In this document: in pieces, positions 51,715-63,111 of the stretch | Position numbering within the stretch: the first letter of the stretch is position 1 | How the letters are laid out: every line of letters starts with the position of its first letter | Assembly: GCF_006345805.1 (NCBI RefSeq) | Contig: NC_042997.1 | Location: forward strand, 197,346,001 to 197,410,000 | Origin: Octopus sinensis | Lineage: Eukaryota | Length of the DNA stretch: 64,000 nt | Reading direction: 5' to 3' | The notes under the pieces: model-generated | Database searches by the model: none | Told to the model about the DNA's origin: nothing | Seen by the model: only the letters and a program-made list of their open reading frames with translations | Position numbers and translations under genes: made by a program

Positions 51715-51925
51715 TTATATATATATGATAGATCGTTAGATCCTACACGCATTTTTTTTCTCTCCTTGTTTCTTTCTGTGTATCTTTCTGTCGAAGAGCG
51801 TAGGCCCGAAACGTAAAAGACTTTTTCTATTCCTGAGCGTTATACTAATACATTTGTTTCTTTGTACTCCACCTGCCTTCGTCTTTTGTTTATTTTCGTA
51901 AACTTTCCCTTTATATATACACACA
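51715..51925 (+). mobile_element. Short terminal-repeat-like element between TA tracts carrying a hammerhead-like motif
   Basis: T-rich ~200-bp unit bounded by (TA)n on both sides. Confidence 0.5.
51783..51820 (+). ncRNA. Variant minimal hammerhead-like motif
   Basis: Stem I TCTTT/AAAGA; non-canonical core CTGTCGAA; stem II GAGC-gtag-GCCC (one mismatch); GAAAC-GT-A. Confidence 0.45.
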
Positions 51926-51970
51926 CACATATATATATATATTATATATATATATTATATATACACATAC

Positions 51971-52008
<38 letters not shown>

Positions 52009-52886
52009 TCCAAACATGAAAAAAGAGAAAACAACAACACGAGAGAGTCATGGTGAACCTAATTACAGAACCTAGAGATCTTCTTTGGATAATCCGAAAT
52101 TTGGATAATTGAGGTTTGAATGTACACCATATTTTTTTTTATCGTTCACTTGTTACAGTCATTGAACTGTGGCCATGTTAAGACACTACTTTGAAGAGCT
52201 TTAATAAAAAAAAAATTCAACCCTGGTGCTTATCTTTAAAATCCGAACATAATTTATCAGTCTCTTTCACCAAAACGGACATAAACAAACCAACACCAGA
52301 TGTCACTAGTGAAAGGGGACCAACAAACAAACAGAATTTCGCAGTTTTCATCCACCAAATTCACTCACAAAAGCACAGGTCAACTCAAGGCTATAATAGA
52401 AGGCACTTGCTCAAGGTGCTGCATACAGGGACTGAACTCAAAACCATGTGGTTGCAAAACAAGCTTCTTAACCACACGGCCACACCTGCTCCTACAAAAA
52501 CATTCATTAAAATAGCACAGATCCTTACTTAATCGCTGGTATTATATTTAATATAATATCTCAGAGAAAAAATAACATTAATGATTATCAAATATATCTC
52601 ACAGGATAATTGTTTCTAATTGGCTTTTTTAAGCTTCCTGCATTAAATATATTAACAGGCACGGGAGTGGCTGTGTGGTAAGTAGCTTGCTTCCCAACCA
52701 CATGGTTCTGGGTTCAGTGCAACAGCATGGCACCTTGAGCAAGTGTCTTCTACCATAGCCTCAGACTGACCAAAGCCTTGTGAGTGTATAAGCCTGTCGT
52801 GTGTCTGTGTGTGTGTGCTTGTGTGTGTGTGTGTGTGTGCTTGTGTGTGTGTGTGTGTGTGTGCTTGTGTGTGTGTGTGTGAGTGC

Positions 52887-52919
<33 letters not shown>

Positions 52920-54041
52920 TGTGTGTGTCTCCTACCATCGCTTGACAACTGATGCTGGTGTGTTTACGTCCCAGTAACTTAGCAGTTCGGCAAAAAAGAC
53001 CGACAGAATAAGTACTAGGCTTACAAAGAATAAGTCCTGGGGTCGATTTGTTCGACTAAAGGTGGTGCTCCAGCAAGGCCGCAGTCAAATGACAGGGACA
53101 AATTAAAGAATAAAAGAATTAACTGTTGTAAATTTATGGAGAAAAAAATACTTTATTTTTTATTCCATATTTAACAGTTAATCATCATCATCATCATTTA
53201 GCATCCACTTTCCATGCTGGCAGGAGTTGGACGGTTCAACTGGGGTCTGGGAAGCCAGAAGGCTGCACCAGGCCCAGTCTGATCTGGCAATGTTTCTACA
53301 GCTGAATGCCCTTCCTAACGCCAACCACTCCGTGAGTGTAGTGGGTGCTTTTTATGTGCCACCGGCATAGGTGCCAGACGGGGCTGGCAAACGGCCACGG
53401 TCGGATGGTGCTTTTTACGTACCACCAGCACGGGGGCCAGGCGAGGCTGGCAATGGCCACGATCGGATGGTGCTTTTTACGTGCCACCGGAAGTGTAAAT
53501 TAGTAAATTACCTGGTACTCCATCGTCAGTTACAACAACCAGTGTTCCAGTTGATTTGATCAAAGGAACAGCCTGCTCGTGAAATCAACCTGTAAGTGGC
53601 TGAGCACTCCACAGACATGTGTATCTTTAACATGGGTTCTCAAGGAGATTCAGCATGAAACGGAACAGGGGCTAGGCTAGCCCCTTGAAACACAGGTACT
53701 GTTTGCTTTTACTAGCTGAGTGAACTGGAGTAACAAGAAATAAAGTGTCTGCTGAAAGGCACAATACACCACCAGGTATTGAACTCACGACCTCAATACC
53801 CAAACCACTTAGTCACATACCTTCACATGAAGAGTAAATATTCAACAAGATGTTGACACTGAATTTGTTATTACTAATAGGCGTAGGAGTGGCTATGTGG
53901 TAAGTAGCTTGCTAACCAACCACATGGTTCTGGGTTCAGTTCCACTGCATGGGACCTTGGCTTTTTTAAGCTACTATAGCCTCAGGCCAACCAAAGCCTT
54001 GTGAGTGGATTTGGTAGACGGAAACTGAAAGAAGCCTGTCG

Positions 54042-54086
<45 letters not shown>

Positions 54087-54390
54087 CTGTGTTTGTCCCC
54101 CCAACATCGCTTGGCAACCGATGCTGGTGTGTTTACATCCCCGTAACTTAGCGGTTCAGCAAAAGAGACTTATAGAATAAGTACTAGGCTGGGGTCGATT
54201 TGCTCAATTAAAGGTGGTGCTCCAGCATGGCCACAGTCAAATGACTGAAACAAGTAAAAGAGTAAAAGAGTAATACATTGGTTTAATACCTACTAATGAC
54301 AAACTAATGTGAGTTGCCAATAGTAGCAGCCAAATTTACACCATATTCTCAAAGGGAAGGACGTATTATATAACGTAATTCTTGATATAC

Positions 54391-54461
54391 CCAAGTAAAA
54401 AATGTCAAGACTGTCATGGTTGGAAGGTTTTCGACTATGAGCCAACTTGATCAGAGCTGAT
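54391..54461 (-). CDS. Candidate exon SALIKLAHSRKPSNHDSLDIFYL
   Basis: Acceptor ttgttgttttgcttcAG, donor GTATAT; only the phase 2 frame is open. Confidence 0.6.
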
Positions 54462-54604
54462 CTGAAGCAAAACAACAAACTATTTCTAAGGAATTAGTGA
54501 GAACAACTTTTTATCTTGATTCGTCAAGATCAAGGCTGCTCTAATTTCAGATTTACAGGAGAATTACCTTCGTTAGTTTTTACAAGAATTAATTTAGTAC
54601 TTAC

Positions 54605-54624
54605 TTTGGAATTGGGAACAGTTT
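54605..54624 (-). CDS. Candidate 20-nt micro-exon (KLFPIP in phase 0)
   Basis: ttttattgttttcAG | aaactgttcccaattccaaa | GTAAGT, strong signals on both sides. Confidence 0.45.
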
Positions 54625-56206
54625 CTGAAAACAATAAAATCTTGTGTCAAAAATGGTTCAGAAATCATACAATACATATAAACATATTCAATTTTGAATA
54701 AAAAATTATAAAAATTTGTTTATATATATATACATATATAAACACAAAATATGTAAATTTTTATAGTAGTGAAAAGAAACAAACAAATATATACACATGC
54801 ACATATAAGTACCATCATCATTGTCATCATACCCCTGAACAAGTCTCAAGTCCTAGAACTCATGGGGCTGATTACCTGGTTTTTGTGGTATATAAGATGC
54901 CGAAGTCACAACAGTTCTTCTGAATGGGACATCAGTCCATCACAGGGTTACGCATTTACAGCCGAATGGACTGGACCAAAAAAATGAAAGGAAGTATTTT
55001 ACTCAAGAACATAACACACTGCTTGGTCCAGGAAATGAAACCGCAATCTTAAAGTCATGAGTGCAACACACTAACCACCAGATCACATGCCTTCACACGT
55101 GTAAGTATATACAAACCATATTTTACACCTTACAAGACACTGCATTACTAAAAGATATAAACAAGGTTTGGAAAGAAAGAATATTCTTAAGAATTTTTTT
55201 TTCCCCCACTTCAGTGAAATTTTTCCTTTTGAAAATTAGCAGTGCCAAAATTTCATGTAATCAGTACAATAAGCTAGATCATTATGGTGCAATTATTCTT
55301 GACTAATAATTTCTACTCCCACTACAGTCACATTTTTATTAGAAAGCACGCTGAATATCAGAAGAGTGTTGTCTATATGCCTAATTTCCTTAAGTACAAA
55401 CAAACTTCGTTTGTACATATTTAAAATTCAGCAGGGGTGGGAGTGGAGTCTTAGTCTTGCAGGTTGCATGGCAACCTCACTAGTGCTGGTGCCACAACAA
55501 AAGCATTCTGTTACATGTTGCAAAGTGTTTGATGTTATGAAGGGCATCATACCTATTTCTTTACTACCCACAAGGGGCTAAACACAGAGGGGACAAACAA
55601 GGACAGACAAATAGATTAAGTTGATTACATCACCCCCAATGCGTAACTGGTACTTAATTTATTGACCCCGAAAGGATGAAAGGTAAAGTCGACCTCGGCG
55701 GAATTTGAACTCAGAACGTAGCGACAGACTATACTTTGAACGGCAGACGAAATACAGCTACGCATTTTGCCCAGCGTGCTAACGTTTCTGCCAGACCAAA
55801 CCAGACAGTGGAACATGATGCAGTTCCATCACAAATGATGCAGACCCATCACAAAACTGTCCAACCCATGCCAGCATGGAACATGGATGTTGAACAGTGG
55901 GTGAGGGGAGATATTTTCCAAGCTATTTTGGCTGATTAAAAACTTCCCCCATTTCATTACATTCTATGAAATAAAAATATCAAGATTTATTTCCTTTGGA
56001 GGCTCTAAAGCCAGTCTTCTTACTTTAGACAGTTGTTGCAGCTTTCCAGTCCCTATAATACACAGGTATCTATGATCTACCATCTTTTGCACTGATTCAG
56101 CTGACCTGTAATCAAAGACATTCACATCTCCTTTCCAGTAAGTTCTTCTTCGTAAAGGTATATGGCCTAGTGGTTAGGGCGTTGAGTTAAAAATCATGAA
56201 GTCCAG

Positions 56207-56385
56207 GGAGTACTACTTAAATACAGAGGTCCTAACACATCTACATAACCCTAACCCTAAACCCTAATGAATGTGCACTGTAAAGATTAACCTAAAATTA
56301 ACCCTAAAACGAACCCTAAACCCTAACTCTGTAAAAACATGGTTATGTAGATGCATCAGGACCTCTGTATTTAGATAGTGCCGTC
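56207..56385. mobile_element. Harbinger/Tourist-like MITE with internal CCCTAA-type repeats, inserted in a SINE head
   Basis: ~40-bp imperfect TIRs (..AAATACAGAGGTCCT..CATCTACATAACC); CAG duplicated at 56204-56206 and 56386-56388. Confidence 0.65.
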
Positions 56386-56924
56386 CAGGATTCCATTCAC
56401 GGAGCAGGTGGCATGATGGATCTTTGAGCAAAGCACTTTATCTGACATTGCTCCAATATACTTTGAAAACGAATGCCAGCCAACAGCTGGTGCAGTCTTC
56501 TCTCCTTCCAGCTGTCACATCCTTGATGTTCCACTGGATCAAGAGTGGGAGGGCTGAGAGAGTGTCTAACTCCACTCGCAGTTACATTAGCAGCTAAAAC
56601 ACTTAGCAAAAGCCTGGTACTTACTACCAGGTTGTCGTATTTGCTTGTGAGTGACGGTTATCCTCTGCCCCTTTCTTTAACCCACTAGCATGCAGATTAC
56701 TCTGTCAAACACAATGCTTATTTATTCACATTGTTTGGAATGGATCATGCACTATCTCGTAGCTTTGAGATTTTGATGATGTGACTGTTTATCTTTAAAA
56801 TGGCATTGTAGGATAGGTGTAAGAGGCCAGATCTGGCTCTTCTGAAGATAAAACTGAGAGACTATTTTGGTTGGGCATGATCAATTTAAATGCTAGAGGG
56901 GGAGACAGCCAAAAGAAGCATTTG

Positions 56925-57466
56925 ACCCAGACTGCCTTCTTCCAACTGTTAAACATGGAGGAGGATCTGTGATGATCTGAGGGGCTATATCTTGGAAATC
57001 CGCCAGTCAAATGGTTTCCCTTCATGGCAGAATTAATAATCAAGACTATTTAAACATTTTATCTGATCAAATTTATCCTAAGGTTGCAAAACCGTTTACG
57101 GAGGGAACCATAATGCACCAATTGACACAGCTAAAATTGTTACTGAATGGCATGAGGAACATTCTAGTGAAGTTGAACATCTTATCTGGCCACCACAGTC
57201 CCCAGATCTCAATATTATTGAACATTTATGGTGCATTTTAGAAAAACAAGTAAGGAGTCGATATCCTCCACCATCATCACTACAAGAACTGGAGACTATT
57301 TTAGTTGAAGAATGGACAAAAATTCCTTTGGAAACAATTCAAACTTTGTACGAGTCCATACCTCGTAGAATTCAAGCTGTAATTACTGCCAAAGGCAGTC
57401 CTACCCCATATTAAAATAAATTTGTTTGAAATTTTAAGGTGTTTCCATTATTTTGTCCAACACCTG
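56925..57466 (+). mobile_element. Tc1/mariner transposon, 3' half
   Basis: PTVKHGGGSVM..G, WPPQSPDLNIIEHLW, SIPRRIQAVI.AKG; terminus ...ACACCTG followed by TA. Confidence 0.88.
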
Positions 57467-57975
57467 TATATCACTTTCCAGCAGCATTAACAATACTAGT
57501 TAAAGCCATTTTCAGTTCTTAAAAATATTCATAATCTTAAAGTAATTAGATTATACAGTATATGAGAAAGTGTTTTGAGTAAATCCTTAAACAAATTCCT
57601 TTCCTTCATCTACTATTCTGTCTTGATAGTTGCAGGGAGATTTTTCAAAGTATTTCCAAGAAAGAAAAACAAACAGTAACATGTAAAATGTACTCAGTCC
57701 ACTCTGTAAGGTGGTTGGTGTTAAGAAGGGCATCCAGCCATAAAAACCATGGCAAAACAGACAGTGAAGCCTAATGCAGTCTTCTGTCTAGCTAGCACCT
57801 GTCAAACTGTCTGACCCATGCCACCATGGAAAGTAGACATATGATGATGATGATGATGATGATGATATACATGCATGCATGAACATATGTATTGACGTTG
57901 CAGTAAACAAGGAAAATAAAGAATATTAAACTTGATTTGGTGGTGTTTGGTGATATCCATTGGTTACCAATTTAC

Positions 57976-58045
57976 TCTTTAGTTTTGAGAGAATTATCAA
58001 AAATACTAAACACTAAAACAGGAATTTTGTTCAAAGAGGAATCAG
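57976..58045 (-). CDS. Candidate exon (A)DSSLNKIPVLVFSIFDNSLKTK
   Basis: Acceptor caagttttAG, donor GTAAAT. Phase 1 to 2 would bridge 61458-61503 to 54391-54461. Confidence 0.35.
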
Positions 58046-58126
58046 CTAAAACTTGAAGTATAATGATAAAAATCTATGTTGGTCTGTGAAGTTGTTTATT
58101 GAATTGGGTGAGTAGAGAGAGTTTAA

Positions 58127-58333
58127 CCCTTAAGCATTTAAACTGGCCGTATTCTTCCTGTTTTATGCTCAAACTGACCAGATCCGGCTTCTCTCACCTA
58201 CCCTACAATGTCAGTCTAAAATTACACAATTCCATCATTGAAATCTTGAAACACCGAGATGATGTACGGTTAATTCAAAACAATGTGAATGAATAAGCAT
58301 TTCATTTGACAGAGTAATCGGAATGCTAAAAGG
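58127..58333. mobile_element. piggyBac-like TTAA MITE of a second family; relatives at ~5950-6170, 30900-31100, 32215-32840 and 56685-56900
   Basis: TTAACCCTT.AGCATT...AATGCTAAA(A/G)GGTTA ends and a shared internal sequence. Confidence 0.7.
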
Positions 58334-58756
58334 TTAGAAACATGTTATTTTCATGCATTTATTTTCTTTTAGCTCCTTCAGATTTGATGAGGGTAGGGAA
58401 CTATACAGAGACAAGGATTTCTAAATATAAGAAAATATAAATAAAACAGTGAAACTGCATTTTGGGTGCTTTTAAGTTCACATGATTGTAAGCATTTAAA
58501 TTTGGTCTTTGGTTTGAGGATAATTCTCTCCTTGACCCCAAAATCCAGTTCATGACCATTTTCTCTTTAACTAAGTAGAAACAATAAAGATAAAGGAAAC
58601 CCCTTATACTAAAGATAACTCAAAACTTTAGATTTAAAAGATAGTTTTTTCTTTCTTGAAATAACTTTATAATTTATAGACAAAGGGCCAAGTTATATGG
58701 CACATTGCTATACACAAGAAGACCCTACTACGACAGCAAAATTGATACTAGTACTC

Positions 58757-59400
58757 ATGCCACATAAAAAGCACTGGTGATGGTGTCAAGTAAAAAGTAT
58801 TGGTGATGATGGCAATTAAAAAGCACTGGTGATGGTGCCAGGTAAAAAGCACTGGTGCTGGTGCCACATAAAAAGTACTGGTGATGGTGCCAGGTAAAAA
58901 GCACAGGTGCTGGTGCCACATAAAAAGCACTGGTGATGGTGCCACATAAAAAGCATTGGTGATGGTGCCACATAAAAAACACTGGTGATGGTGCCACATA
59001 AAAGGCACTGGTGATGGTGCCACATAAAAAGCACTGGTGGTGATGCCAAGTAAAAAGCACTGTGGTGATGGTGCCAGGTAAAAAGCACTATGGTGATGGT
59101 GCCAGGTAAAAAGCACAGGTGATTGTGCCACATAAAAAGCACTCTGACTGTGCCACGTGAAAAATACTGGTGATCGTGCCACGCAAAAAGCACTGGTGAT
59201 GGTGTACATAAAAAGCACTGGTGGTGGTGCCACGTAAAAAAGCACTGGTGCTGGTGCCACATAAAAGCACAGGTGATGGTACCACATAAAAAGTACTGGT
59301 GATGGTGCCAGGTAAAAAGCACAGGTGATGGTGCCACATAAAAAGCACTGGTGATGGTGCCAGGTAAAAAGCAATGATGTTGGTTCCACATATAAAGCAC
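58757..59400. repeat. ~26-bp minisatellite TGGTGATGGTGCCACATAAAAAGCAC, ~24 units; related array at 60280-60700
   Basis: Tandem units running straight into a family D body. Confidence 0.95.
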
Positions 59401-61457
59401 CAAGTACACTCTGTAAAGTGGTTGGCATTAGCAAGGGCATCCAGCCAGAGAACCATGCCAGAACAGACAACTGGGGCCTGATGCTACCCCCAGCCTTAAC
59501 AGCTCGTGTCAAACTGTCCAATCTATACCAGCAAAGAAAACAGATGTTAACTGATGACGATGCTTCTGTTCACACAGAATGGGTAATGCTTATTCATTAT
59601 AAAGGCTGGTCACAGCTGGAACTGGACTAAATGAGAGCTGAACAACAACATCAGGGTTACAATCAATTAATCTATAAACATTTCTATTACTTTTTAGATC
59701 ATCTCCTAAAGACACAGTTTCAGAAACTATAATCATTTACTAATTTTAGCAATAGGATTATGACCATGCTGGAGCATCACTGTGAAGGCTTTATTCAATC
59801 AAATAAACACCAGTATTTACTTTTAGTCTTGCACTTATTCTACCATGAAGGCACTTGGCCTAGTGGTTAGGCTGTTGGACTGAATATCGCTAGACCAAGG
59901 GTTCAATTCCTTGATTGGGCAGTGTGTTGTGTTCTTGAGCAAAACACTTCATTTCACGTTGCTTCAGTCCCTCTTTCAATCGGAAGGGAATATTGGCCTG
60001 CTCACCTACTCAATGGGGTGGCATCATTTGAAGGCTAAAACAATGCAAAAAAGTGCATTGTGACCAGCGATGTGTAACAACATCTGATAGCCTGATCGGT
60101 CATCATTTAACATCTGTTTTCTATGCTGGCATGGGTTTGGACAGTGTGACACAAGCTAGTAAGGCTGAGAGCTGCACCAGGTTCCATTGTCTGTTTTGGC
60201 AGAGTTTCTACAGCTGGAACCCTTCCTAATGTTGACCACTTTACAGAGTGTACTGGGTGCTTTTTCTGTGACACCAGCACTTGTGCCTTTTATGTGGCAC
60301 CAGTGCCTGTGCTTTTTTATGTGGAACCATCACCAGTGCTTTCTTTGTGGCACCAGCACCAATGCAGTTTGTGGTACCAGCACTTGTGCCTTTTATGTGG
60401 CACCAGCGCCAATTTCTTTTTATGTGGCACCAGTGCCTGTGCATTTTACATTGCACTAACACAGGAGCTTTTTATGTGGAACCATCACCAGTGCTTTCTT
60501 TGTGGAACCAGAACCAATGCATATTATGTGGCACCAGACTTGTGTCTTTTATGTGGCACCAGTGCCAATTTCTTTTTACATGGCACCAGTGCCTGTGCAT
60601 TTTACATGGCACTAACACAGGAACTTTTTATGTGGAACCATCACCAGTGCTTTCTTTGTGGAACCAGCACTTGTGCCTTTTATGTGGGACCAGCACCAAT
60701 AGGGTCACCAAGTGCCTTGCAAAACTGAAAAGAATCCTCAATTGAGAGACAGGAGGGGAGTTGTATTGAGTGGGTGTGGTTTTTGTGCCAGTTGAGAGAT
60801 ATAAAGTATAGAGGAGACAGATATAAGTGTCTTGCTTGAGAGCAAATACATGGAGACCCCAGTTGAAAAAGAAGGGGGGGGGGGGTGAGTTGGTGATGGC
60901 AGAGATGTTTCGGGACATACCCTCTTGTTCACAAGGTACTGTTTGGTCCAATCCTCTGCTGAAAGATATTTACCCAAAGTGCTGTACAGTGGAACTGAAA
61001 CTGAAATCAGTCATAAAGCAAACTTCTGAACCACACAGCCATGCCTGCATCTATGGAAATTTATTTCCATAGATGCACTAGTTTAACTGTGGAGGCACAT
61101 GGCCTAGTGGTTAGAGCAGCAGACTCGCGGTCGAGGGATCGCAGGTTCGAATCTAAGACTGGGCAATGTGTATGTTTATGAGCAAAACGCCTAAGCTCCA
61201 CGCGGCTCCAGCAGAAGGTAAATGGCAAACCTCTGCTGACGATTTCGCCACAACTTTCTTTCACTCTTTCCTCCTGCATCTTGCGACTGACCTGCAACAG
61301 ACCAGCATCTCATCTAGGTAGGGAACCTATAGGCCAAAGAAACCGGGAAACCGGCCCTTATGAGCCAGGCATGGCTCAACAAGGAACAAACTAGGTTAAC
61401 TATTAACCATAGCACATATAACCTTAATTATTCGTTAAGAAAAACGTTTCATCATAC

Positions 61458-61503
61458 CTTCTTCATCGACAGGTAAACTTTGAAGTTTCTCCAAAAGAAG
61501 TTG
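61458..61503 (-). CDS. Candidate exon QLLLEKLQSLPVDEE
   Basis: Long polypyrimidine tract + acAG, donor GTATGA, open phase 0 to 1. Confidence 0.6.
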
Positions 61504-62269
61504 CTGTAAAAAAAAAAAGAAAAAATTAATTTTTAATCAATGATTTATTTTCAATCAATACAAAGTTAATTACAGGAGGATAAGAGAATATTCAATAGAA
61601 TCACCATAAACGTCTTTGTACTTCTTTTATCCAGAAGTAAAATCAAAACTTGACACCAACAGGAATTGAAACTAAACCATAAATTTGGGAAGAACAAACC
61701 ATAAAGATTCTAATTTTGTTACTTTTGTGTCAAACTTACAGACTAAATATAATTGTTACCCTTTTACTCTTTTAGTTGTTTCAGTCATTTGACTGTGGCC
61801 ATGCTGGAGCACCGCCTTTAGTCGGACAAATCGACCCCAGGACTTATTCTTTGTAAGCCTAGTACTTATTCTGTCGGTCTCTTTTGCCGAACCGCTAAGT
61901 TACAGGGACGTAAACACACCACCACTGGTTGTCAAGTGATGCTGGGGGAGACAAACACAGACACATATATATATATATATACATATATACGATGGGCTTC
62001 TTTCAGTTTCCGTCTACCAAATCCACTAACAAGGCTTTGGTCGGCCCGAGGCTATAGTAGAAGACACTTGTCCAAGGTGTCATGCAGTGGTACTGAACCC
62101 TGAACTATGTGGTTGGTAAGCAAGCTACTTACCACACAGCCACTCCTGCGCCTGTTAGTATACTATACAGTATGGTATTGTATTTAAAAATAAAGTTAAT
62201 AAAATAAAATTTTAAAAAAACTTGATTATGAGAAGAAGATTTTCAGAAAAAATATTTGGTGCAACCCAC

Positions 62270-62323
62270 ACAATAGACTGCTTTGCTTGCAAATGGTTTT
62301 TCTTCAGCAACATTCTCATCATC
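62270..62323 (-). CDS. Weak candidate exon DDENVAEEKPFASKAVYC
   Basis: Donor GTGGGT and phase 0 fit to the next exon, but the acceptor lacks a good pyrimidine tract. Confidence 0.25.
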
Positions 62324-63064
62324 CTAGGAATATCTTCCTTCAGGTTGAGTTATTAGTCATTAGCTTGGTTATTTTTAAAGGAATACTTCTATAGAAAGCA
62401 TTGTCAGACAAACGCCTACAGTTTTTACATCAGAAGTTTTTTTTCATCTCAAGGCTAACCCATATACAGGCTAGAATCACAAGACTAACCGTATACATGC
62501 TAACATAGCAAGAAGTAGTTCTTCCACTGTTTATATTCAGCATTACAGGGAAAAGAAGATAGTAGAACCAGATGAGCTATTAAGTTACAATGAAACTGGT
62601 CAGTTAACTCTCATCCCAAGCAGCTGGGACAGCTCTCAGGAGCCTGATTTCACATGAAACTAGCTTTTTACGTGCTAGTGCCGTGTAAAAAGCAGCCATG
62701 CTGGTGCCACATGAAAAGCACCCAGTACACTCTGTGTAGAGGTTAGCATTAGGAATGGCATCCAACTACAGAAACCATGCCAAAATAGAGAATTGGAACC
62801 CAGTGCAGCTCTCTGGATTGCCAGCTCCTGTCAGGCTGTCCAACCCATGCTGGCATGGAAAACAGACATTAAATGATGATGATGTTTATAGATGTTTAAC
62901 ATAGGCACAGGAGTGGCTGTGTGGTAAGTAGCTTGCTAACCAACCACATGGTTCCGGGTTCAGTCCTACTGTGTGGCATCTTGGGCAAGTGTCTTCTGCT
63001 ATAGCCCCGGGCTGACCAATGCCTTGGGAGTGGATTTGGTAGACGGAAACTGAAAGAAGCCCAT

Positions 63065-63111
<47 letters not shown>

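Noticed and set aside
56240-56330. Possible telomere or chromosome-fusion relic
   Set aside because: Only a few degenerate units, enclosed by MITE TIRs.
58748-60745. 150-260 aa ORFs with FLCGTITSAFYVAPSP repeats; CRISPR-like appearance
   Set aside because: Products of a 26-bp minisatellite. The spacers are not unique, there are no cas genes, and the context is eukaryotic.
785-61503. Naming the host gene (SR-related or coiled-coil candidates considered)
   Set aside because: No exon peptide matched a protein I can recognise with confidence. BLASTP of the joined peptide would be decisive.
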